The position numbers were made by a program, and so were the translations under genes. Below are positions 55,001-64,000 of a DNA stretch of 64,000 nt, piece by piece (position 1 is the stretch's first letter; each line of letters begins with the position of its first letter). The notes beneath the pieces are model-generated. The model did no database searches, was not told the origin of the DNA, and saw only the letters and a list, made by a program, of their open reading frames with translations. This stretch comes from Nemertoderma westbladi (lineage: Eukaryota; Animalia; Xenacoelomorpha). The DNA is taken from NCBI GenBank assembly GCA_032718475.1, contig JAUCBJ010002200.1, positions 17,970 to 81,969 of the forward strand, given 5' to 3'.

Positions 55001-56316
55001 TTCGCAACGTTGACAGTCAGTTTAAGGACCGCGCTTTGACCAAGCTCAGCTTAATAGACTCAGTTGCTGAGAAGTTGGACAGCGCTGGATTTGCCATTTT
55101 TAAGCACGTTTGTATACAGAACCTACATTCATCTGTCATACAAAGACCCCGAATCCCTACAGGTTATTCTATTGTGGAAGTTCAAACAGTGGGTTCACTT
55201 GAGGAAACAGCTGCACCTATCTCAGCTATGCAAGTGGAAGAAGAACCAATTTGCTTGGAATCCGAAGAAATTCAACCCACAGCACCCTGGAGTAGCGACA
55301 ATGATTATGTGTTGGAATGGTATCAGGGTCCACAATGTCTCACGGCATATGATTATCGGCATGCCAATTACATTTCTAGGAAACGTTGCCGATTATGTGC
55401 ATCATGGGACCACTTTACCCCGGTGGACTCCAGCGAACCGTGCTCCTACTTTAAAGATCAACCTATTATGGAGATTTATTGTGCGTATTGTAGACTCAAC
55501 AATCTACACATCTTCGCAGTCTGTCCTCAATTTATGACTCAATGTCACCATTGTCAGTTCAAAGGACACGCAAGTTTCGATTGCCCTTTCAACTGAGATC
55601 TAGAGAGCTTAGACGAAATAGTTACCCTGCATTACATCAGAGCTTGGGAAGCTAACGCGGATCTCCATTGCGAATCACGTCACCGATACTATCCAGGACG
55701 TGCATATGAAGGAGACTATGCGTTTCACCCATACCTATTTGCCTCCGTCGAACAAAAATCTCGCATCCCCAGTTACGAACTGATGAAGCGTGTTGGCGAG
55801 AATATTTCAACTAAATATGTTCGCAAGTATCTTAGGAATATTAATCCCAATAACCTGAAATCCTATAACTTGATCAACTTCATCCGCCAAGATCCAGAAT
55901 ACGGCAACTTGTTCATAAACTCGCATCCTGACTTACAAGAAGTTCATAGACGACCATATGAATATAAAGCCAGAGAACGCGAATTAGAGAGAACAATCAA
56001 ACCGAGGAAATTTCTCACTATGCACGGTCAACCTACCGCTGTCATGCAAACGACCCATCAAGGACCGGTAAGAGCTGCCGTCCTGAAACGAGCTCTAAAG
56101 GTTGTTCGCCCTCGTTCCACCGATGTTGATATCGATCAACCGGGTACCTCGACCGGCGGATACACCAACCGTAATCCAAAACCTTCTGATTCAATCGTAT
56201 TGCACCCTTCCCCCAGGAGTTATAGCCCTCCTAGTAAAGTGGCTCACCCCAAAGAGAAAAAGACTCTTACTAGTCTCAAAAAACTTCGTAAACGCTGTTC
56301 ACGAAAGAAGGACTGA
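52071..56316 (+). CDS. E2 ORF3 (~1400 codons reconstructed): DEDD(y) 3'-5' exonuclease-like domain plus Cys/His zinc-knuckle cluster
   Basis: ORFs 52071-52433, 52521-, 52663-55596 and in-frame continuation past a single TGA to 56316. Motifs VVTYDNEG, LEMLFDERILKIGSAVYGD, FVDTQ, SIGHLA..YG..FK, PL....AIYTIFE; C-terminal CxxC/H clusters. A few lesions. Confidence 0.75.
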
Positions 56317-56394
56317 TAGTTTAGAGTATTTTTGTATTTTAGAAACTGTGATTTTTTATATATTATAGACTTAAATCCCATTTTCTGGGAGCGG

Positions 56395-57179
56395 TGTAAA
56401 AGCTTTTGCGGACATAACAAGTCATTTTTACGCAATGCGCAGAATACTCTAAAATAGCCCTAAAATTGTTCAACTACGCGTCGGACAGAAATTAGAACCA
56501 AGATGACGAAAGCTGTCAGCTGATTCTTTGTGTGCGTGGAGATTCCTTTGTTGAGCTTATTCAGCCAATCAGAGCAATCTTCCCAGTTATGCCAGTAGAG
56601 ACCTACCTGAGGAAACTAGCGCATGCGCAGTTATCGTTTTTCTGAGAATTAGATTCCTCTCAGAATTCTGTACTAAGTACGGACGTTTCAGACTTTAGCC
56701 CAAGAACATCTGATGGCTGGAGTTATAAGGACGTAAATCTATTAACAAACCATACGCACATCGTACGACGCATTGCACTAAACATATCTCACCAGGAACA
56801 CATACTGACTGTTCACCGCACTGTTTTAATGCTGTTTTATATTGTGTTAATTGCTGTTTATATTAATGGATGTTATATTTGGAGAATACCGATAAATAAT
56901 CGTAAACCCCTCAATCTTCTTGATTACTGAGGTAAGCGGAGGAAGAGTCTACCGGTAGCAACTGTGACTCAAATTATAGTGGTTTTTGTGTGAATTTAAT
57001 GCTATTTCATAATCCTCTGGAACCCGAATCCACACCGTGGGTCATACGCCGCGCACGGACTGGCTTCGGCAGATGTAAATTCAGTACACCAGGTAATTGG
57101 TACGGGCAAAGTCGATTCATAATTAAAAGGACATTTAAAATTGGCAGGTTAAACTGCTAAAGGTCTAAAAGCGCGAACA
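56395..57179 (+). repeat. E2 3' LTR (785 bp)
   Basis: Preceded by GGGAGCGG; lacks ~320 bp plus 9 bp relative to the 5' LTR; about 11 substitutions by eye. Confidence 0.96.
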
Positions 57180-58654
57180 GACAACATGTTGACCAGCGTT
57201 CTCAGATAGATTACAATCATCATGTTTATTACATTAGATACAGTACCTACCAACCTCTATTTCATGGGAGATGACTGGTATATTGAACTCTGATGGTGGG
57301 GATGGTCAGCTCAGGTGAAACGAATGCATTCCCAACTATATAGTTATGTACTGTGCATACACAGCACACAAAATTAGAGGGGGAGAGGGCGCCCCACTAT
57401 TGTGGTCAATTAGGCTCCCTTTTCCAAGTAACAACTCAATATTTACAGACGGACTACTGCTAAAGAAAGGATGGCCTGGCCATTATTGGGTAATGAATGA
57501 GGCAGGGTATAGAACAGGTGTAGATGGAGTATGTCTCCATCGTGAATTCTATCTGGTCTGGCGGGCTGGCACTAATGTAACTTTAACACAGTTTGCCTTG
57601 CCTGACGCCTTTTCAATATAGAATAATACTGGGTATGTGGTCCTACCAACGTTTACACCCCCCACCCCCCCCCCCCCCCCCTCCTCCTCTCCAACCCTCT
57701 TAGTTTAGTGCTGTGCTTGGTAACTGCGACATGAAGCCTTTATAGCTATTGTTTTGGTTTCGTTGTTATATTTTATTGGAAATATTTAATACTTACTAAT
57801 ACACTACTATATTTTTTTATAACACCAATATAATTTTCTGACGCTGAGGGGCCCAGGGGGCCCGGGAATTTTCCCGAATAGATGTATGGCCACCACGCCA
57901 TTGGATGTCTATTAAAACATATATTTTTGCCTGGCCTCCCTTTTACATCAAGGTTATACCAGCATTTTAATATTATATTCTAATCTTATATTAATAAACT
58001 AACAAGAGTCTAAGGTTATAGAACAGAATGGGACATAATATAACAAAACAATAATATACAACAAACATTTTTTATATTGTTCCCGTCGAGTGTTAGTGTA
58101 TACTGTATAGTGTACAAGAATGTACGTGTACACACACTGGTTAACACAAAATCGAACTTCTAAAGTTGCCCCTCTTACAGAAACTGTCTAAATGTCTGTC
58201 TGTCTTTTTGTCTGTCTGTTTTGTCGGTCAAAAAATAAACAAAATCATTTAACCTCACCAAAATATGCCTATGAGGGTTTTCCAGGTCGGCGAACTCATT
58301 TCCGATGTCAGTTTTTACTTTTGACAGCATCTTGACTGCCTGTTTCTTGGTATGTCTGTCAGTCAGTCTGTTTATCTGTCTGTATGTATGTCGGTCAAAC
58401 AATAAACAAGTATTATTATTATTGTATTTTTTAATTACCATTACTATTATTACTATTCTACTATAATTACTATTAATTACCAGTATTTATTATTGAAAAT
58501 TTAATTGAGTGGTTGCTGGGCCTTCAGACAGGATGCTTGAATAGTGCATGTAACATCCGCTTGTCACATCCGCATGCCATGGGTGCGGATACGGATGCAA
58601 AAAATCATGCGGATATCCGCGGATGCGGACATTCGCAACATCCCTAGTTACCTA

Positions 58655-58816
58655 CACCACAGATATTTACTACCTCCAATACGATCAGAAAGTAGAAACA
58701 AAATGGAACTCAGAAATGACAATAATATTACGTTACCAATAGCTAAAACTGAAAGATATAGAAACTCAACAATCCCATATATGGTCAAACTAATGAATAG
58801 TGCAAAATCACATTAA
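58655..58816 (+). mobile_element. C-terminal end of the LINE interrupted at 39419
   Basis: HRYLLPP...MELRN...LPIAKTERYRNSTIPY resumes right after the hAT TSD. Confidence 0.8.
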
Positions 58817-59401
58817 CGGACATCCGCAAAAGTTAAGGAAACTACCATGACTCGCCCCACAGGCCTGGCAATATTCGTACGTGCTGCTGGCCACTATTTG
58901 ATACATTATTGCTGTTTAACTCTGTATTTCATGTAATTATTATTTTTTATTTGATTTTAATTGAATAATTTTATCGTTGCTTAATTAATAAATAAACCTT
59001 ATCAATTCAATTCAGTTCATATGCCTGTTGTTACCTTAAGATTGAAATCTTCCATTGTTTTATTTTTAACTGCAATATCTTGAAGGCAGTCAGTGTAATC
59101 TTTGTCTTACACTTTGGTTTATTGTTATGTTTAAAAAAACCGCCGCTGCGGTAACCTGGGAATTTATTTTAAATATTATATGAATTAAATAATTATAATT
59201 AAATATCGATTATATATTTTTGGAAACTGAAACTTTCCGTTTACGTATAAAGTTAATGTATGATTCCGCCGATCCCGAGACCGTAAAAAAGTAAAAGTAG
59301 ATTTGTTTATATAAATTATTAAATAATTCAAACAGGAATTTCCAATAATAAATAACTTCTGATATTCGACTAATCGAATTGATGTGTCAATAAACAAAAA
59401 C

Positions 59402-59955
59402 ATATAATTATATGATGTTAGACAACCACGACTTTAGAGGGATTGTGATATTAATATGAAAACAATAAAATAGGACATGGGGTCTATTCCCTCAGATACT
59501 ACCTAGCATTTAGGGCCACTTGGGCCACTGTTAGTACTCAGGCAATAAGGCCTATTAAAAAATAAAATACCAAATCAATTTTAGTGCTACATAAGTTGCA
59601 CACTGCTGATGAGGAGAACCACGAATCCCAGGGTTTAAATCTCCGAAACCCTTTTATTTTTATAAAATTTATTACTTAGACTTACTTTTTCGGCGGACAA
59701 AATGTCCTATATTTTTCTTAATTTATGGGATAGCCTATTCGTGCAATACTTACTGGTACCTGTAGTTACTGTATGGTTTGGTGTGGTTTTTCTTGTGGTA
59801 GTTGGGTTGGGTTATGTAGCACTAAAATCGATTTGGTATTTTGTTTTGTGTTTTTTGATGGGCCTAGTGCCTGAGTACTAACAGTGGCCCAAGTGGCCCT
59901 AAATGCTAGGTAGTATCTGAGGGAATAAGACCCCATGTCCTATTTTAATGTTTTC
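59402..59955. repeat. Inverted plus direct copy of the 35.2-kb hammerhead-like repeat
   Basis: 59402-59594 is the reverse complement of ~35430-35620; 59598-59955 is a forward copy of ~35206-35565. Confidence 0.88.
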
Positions 59956-60627
59956 AATAAACAAAAACCATCCTGTAATAAACTATATTCATATTTAAGC
60001 TCATAAATAATATTTCAGCAGTGTTAAAATATAAAATATAGTATATTATATTATAAACTTGCCCGAAATTCGTCTCTATGCTAAACCTGAATAGCCAGTT
60101 TTGTAATAATTTTTTGTTATCAGGATTTTGTAAAACTTTCTTAACAAATTTGCAGGGGTGACGAAGTTTGTTTGCCCGAGTTTTACAAACTAGTATAGAA
60201 TTATAATATAACTGTTTAAAATGAACCTTAGGGAAATAATAGGCCCAATAATTAATAATACATTTTGCTAAAGAAATCATCAGCCGATTAAATGCGTTAC
60301 GAGTTTTGAGAAATCGTCCGGCTGGCGAACGCGTTTCTAAAAGTCGGTATAATAAAATTTAAAATCGAGATCACGAGAGACTGGTAATCCCGGTTCCAAT
60401 CCCAGGAATCCCCAAAGGCGGGAATCCCGCACATTAACCTGGAATCAACTACTCAAAAAAATATTTAGCAAACATTGATATTTTGTACAGTTTTATTTAA
60501 CGGTATAAAAAGTGTTATTATTATTAAGAATTATTAACTCTAATATTATAATTAAATTATATAATTAAAAAACTCTAATTAACTCATAAAATAATGATAA
60601 TCCCTTAACCTGAAATGAATCAAATAA

Positions 60628-61422
60628 CTAAGAGGTTGGTGTTGGCAAGTACCAAGTGTTACAATGGAAGGCGCCGGAATCGTCTACGACCGGCGAAAAA
60701 GTACCGCGAGAAGTCCCGGATAGAAGCGACTTCTTGTAAGTTTCGACGATAAATCGATTGGAAGGCCTCGTGTCGGAGCGGGAGAGATACTCCTCGATAC
60801 CGAACCAACGGCAAGCGGCGATCTCGTTGGGGGGGAAATCGATAGGTTGATCCTCCGGGTCTGGTTCCAGGAGACAAAGGAAATACAAGTCGGAAGTCTG
60901 GAAACGTAGCGGGAAAAGATGACGGAACATCAGCAGACTGAGGAACCGGCAGGAGATGCCGGTTTCCTCGCGGACTTCCCGGATCGCCGCGACGCGAATC
61001 TCCTCGCCTTCATCGGCAGCTCCTCCAGGGAACTTCCATAAAGGTTCAGGATTAACCGAGTATTTCTCCTGGATTGAGAGTATCTTATTGTCCGATTGTC
61101 GGACAACCAGCCCGGCGACTCCCACTGTAGCTGTAGCGAACGCAGGAACGGACCACGGTTCGCCCGTGGCGAGGAATCTTACCATTTGGACGAACCCCGA
61201 CCTCGCGTGATGGAAGTCGAATTCCCTCTCCAGTAGCTGCGGTATCAAGTCGACGCTACCGCTCGGTACTACAACCCACACCCCTCGGACACCTTCCCGA
61301 GTCCACGCGTCCAGCGAGCGACTCAACTTCCCGCCGAATTCGACTTTATCCGATTCGGATAATTTGCCACAATTGAGTTTAACATATCGGAACGCGTCCT
61401 GTTCTAAAACGAAAGTCGACAT
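60628..61422 (-). CDS. NUDT6: Nudix hydrolase, NUDT6-like, intronless
   Basis: N-terminal SLDAW...RGVWV...FDFHHA domain, P.FAT..VGVAG, Nudix box GGAADEGEEIRVAAIREVREETGI, FRH, SDLYF; probable start MSTF at 61422. Confidence 0.88.
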   Translation of the reverse strand: MSTFVLEQDAFRYVKLNCGKLSESDKVEFGGKLSRSLDAWTREGVRGVWVVVPSGSVDLIPQLLEREFDFHHARSGFVQMVRFLATGEPWSVPAFATATVGVAGLVVRQSDNKILSIQEKYSVNPEPLWKFPGGAADEGEEIRVAAIREVREETGISCRFLSLLMFRHLFPLRFQTSDLYFLCLLEPDPEDQPIDFPPNEIAACRWFGIEEYLSRSDTRPSNRFIVETYKKSLLSGTSRGTFSPVVDDSGAFHCNTWYLPTPTS

Positions 61423-61510
61423 GTTACTATGAATTGAACGAAATCTAATGATTAAATTCGCTCTGTAAATATTGAATATCATTAAATCAAAGCGCTAAAA
61501 CAGCCCAACT

Positions 61511-62250
61511 TTAGAGAGAAAACCCACAGAATGAAGAGCGGTTAAAGTTACGTAAAATCAACTTGGTATTCCTGCCACGGTTGAGTGTTTCTAACCAACT
61601 AAGAATGTTGTGTTTCAATCGAGAATCCAGACATTCAGGAACACTAAATGAATAGACAGGATTCAATGATAAACGGACTGAACTTTCATCGAATATATTG
61701 TAAACGGATAATCGTTCTTCTACTTGAGAAATATTCTCGGAATCGCAATAGTAAAGAGCGGGGTAGTTGAGAAGTAATCCGAAAACCGTGGGGATAGGCA
61801 GCTCGGATAAATCTGGGCAAATAATTTCCGGCGAGGTATCTGTGTTATTGCTCTGTCGCAGTAAAGTAATAACGTTGAATATAAAGTTGTTCAGTGATTT
61901 GGATAATCTAGCGTTGTTGTTTAAGTTGATAACGCATGGGGTTTGAGTTCCTATGTTAATGATATTAGGCCAACCGCCATCCAACATTCGAGAATAAAGG
62001 ACAACCGAATAATCTAAGTTCAAAACGAAATAATCCTGGGATACTTTGCAGCACACCAAATTGTTTTCTATTAAATTAAACTCGCGCGCCAAATTTATAA
62101 GTTTTTGTAAATTGCTAATATGCGGAATTTCCAGACAATCGACCAAGTAGGATGGTTTTAAGGCATTGTCAACGTATCTTATATTATTGGCTAAGCATCT
62201 CCAAGTTCGGGTGGAATTTTTTCGGTTTTTTAAAATAAAGGCCTGCTTAA
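61511..62250 (-). CDS. UPF0739/C1orf74-like (DUF4504) protein, start not resolved
   Basis: VDNALKPSYLVD, PTVFGLLLNYPALY, VYSFSVPE resemble C1orf74-family motifs; frame open to ~62250 with no ATG, so an upstream exon or disruption is likely. Confidence 0.7.
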
Positions 62251-62254
62251 TGAT

Positions 62255-62560
62255 TGTGTGGGGCGAGCCACGAAGTGAGTGAGCCTTAGCGTAGTGGTAC
62301 CATTAATCAACCTGTCGTTCTGTCTTTCTGTCGTTCTGTCGTTCTGTCGTGTTCAATTTTAAACGTTAATAACTCGGCCAATCTTTGATGAAATCTATCC
62401 AAACTTGGTACACATGTTGTTTGGCAAAAGTTTAGAAATTTTCCAAGTAGAATTTCCGTGTGGCCTTCGAGAAGCTAAGATAATAGCAGTTAATTAGTTA
62501 ATTAAGTTGATTGCGGTGAAAACGCCATTTTCAACCTGCCTTTTAAAGGAAATTAATTGT
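62255..62560. mobile_element. Helentron/HINE-like non-autonomous repeat
   Basis: gggcgagcc.cgaag...gagcc motif followed by (ctgtcgtt)n microsatellite and aaacttggtacacatg; a related ctgt-rich tract at ~58175-58400. Confidence 0.45.
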
Positions 62561-63254
62561 TTTACAGTATAAGATTTAAATAATTATACTTAAAAATTAT
62601 ACAGATATAATCCCCATACGCCATTCTATTATAGTTTTTAATTAGTTTAAGTGATTTGCTTTAATAAATGTGTCTTTAATTGATCTAAACGTAATTAAAC
62701 CGCACAATTATTGAGTACAAATTTAATCCTTCCCATTATTGGTCAAGTCTCTGCTGGTGTGGAGCTAGCTGCTGGGAGTTGTGGCTGTAGACTAACCTGA
62801 GAGGAATTGTAATAGAGGCAACCAGTATTGCTATTCCAGCCCAATCACTGAATTGTGTTTATTATAGGCTGGACGGGCCGCATAACCGTTCGACTATTAC
62901 TACTATTGCTATCTCAGTTAAATGACAGATATAATAACATAAGTTATGGCTTCTGAAATAGTTTATTCCACAATGTATATGTCTGGTTATTTTTTAATTG
63001 AATTTTTGCAAAGTAGTAAAATTAATGTTCTTAAAAATAATATTATTATTTTATATGTAACCTAGGAAATTAGCTACATTTTTTCGCTGCAGCTTTAAGA
63101 GTGTACATTGATTTAATATTATTTCAATACCCATATTACTACATCGGCATAAGATGCGTTGGCGTTGTATCACACATCTCCACATATCACACATCTCCAC
63201 ATAGATGTATCAACAGTTACTCGCACAGTTTCGAAACTTCGCATAGTTATAACT

Positions 63255-63545
63255 GTATAAAGATCGTCAGTCTGCGTTTAGGAAAAATATTTTATGACAA
63301 AACAGGACAAGCGACGAGCGCAACGAGGCATATAATGAAGACGAGTACTGCGTTGACTAAATTATTATATAAACCACCTGGCTTCACATATTGATCGCAT
63401 CCCTAGTTATTATTATTATAAAGATCGTCCTAGCTTGCGTTTAAGAAATATATTTAAATACAAAACAGGACGAACGCAAAGAGGCTTATAATGAATACGA
63501 GTACTGCGTTTATTATATTCCTATAAACCACCTGGCTTTGCATAT
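63255..63545. repeat. ~150-bp imperfect tandem duplication
   Basis: tataaagatcgtc...acaaaacaggac...acgagtactgcgtt...tataaaccacctggctt present twice. Confidence 0.8.
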
Positions 63546-64000
63546 TTAACGTGCGATTGGAAATAAGTTCGTGCTACCCTTCCGTGGGTGGTAGATGTCG
63601 CGGTTATGTATTGGTGGTTGGGAAAGGTGGGGGGGGGGGGGGGGGGATTAAAAGGGGTGAACACGTACTGTCCACCTTTCTTTGATTGATTGGTGGTGTG
63701 GGTAAATTTCTCAAAACCTGATTTTGTGATACAGTCGCTGCATTTTAATTTGTATATAATAACTAGGCCTCGTGCTGCGCGAAGTCCCCACGAACGTGTA
63801 CCATAAGTCCATATGAAATAAGTTGAAATACCACCAAAAATTAATTATCGAAATGCAAATAAAACTGCGAACTGTCTGACTGCAGCAATGTAAAATAATT
63901 TGAAAGAATAGGCCTACAGTTCAGTTCAGCATTTATTTCAGTAGTTAGATAGGCCTACTGTAGTAGGCTATAGGTAGTTTTGGAGGGGTAAATCTTTTGC

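Larger units (their letters stand above)
41154..57179 (+). mobile_element. BEL/Pao LTR retrotransposon E2, defective, same family as E1
   Basis: TG...CA termini, TSD GACAA (41149-41153 / 57180-57184), paired LTRs, internal region collinear with E1. Confidence 0.98.
39420..58646. mobile_element. Non-autonomous hAT-type DNA transposon containing nested insertions
   Basis: 19-bp perfect TIR TAGGGATGTTGCGAATGTC (39420-39438) / GACATTCGCAACATCCCTA (58628-58646), 8-bp TSD GTTACCTA (39412-39419 / 58647-58654). Confidence 0.9.

Noticed and set aside
52663-55596. ORF3 as an envelope gene
   Set aside because: No evident signal peptide, TM anchor or fusion-protein pattern.
41154-57179. E1 and E2 almost equal in length (16020 vs 16026 bp) as a packaging limit
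   Set aside because: Different deletions, one apparently confined to a single LTR; with two copies this is best treated as coincidence.

Overview
Repeat-rich animal (invertebrate-like) genomic DNA. Host genes: three coding exons of RNA polymerase III subunit POLR3F/RPC34 (minus strand, the rest lies left of the window), an intronless GT31 beta-1,3-glycosyltransferase, and a tightly spaced same-strand pair, C1orf74-like and NUDT6-like. The POLR3F intron (>22.6 kb) is filled by a 37-bp satellite that is an amplified copy of the exon 3' end plus its GT donor. Two ~16-kb copies of one BEL/Pao LTR retrotransposon family are present: E1 1600-17619 (minus, TSD CTCCT) and E2 41154-57179 (plus, TSD GACAA). 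Neither has a tRNA PBS. In each, the 12 nt abutting the 5' LTR are perfectly complementary to a 12-mer in its own LTR, with three compensatory changes between copies, suggesting tRNA-independent self-priming. The family carries, in the env position, a ~1400-codon ORF3 with a DEDD(y)-type 3'-5' exonuclease-like domain and a Cys/His zinc-knuckle cluster; a divergent decayed homolog lies at ~32.5-35 kb. Also present: a hammerhead-like direct/inverted repeat family, a nested LINE > hAT > BEL/Pao insertion series, MITE-like elements and LINE/Gypsy relics. All assignments are from manual motif reading; no searches were run.
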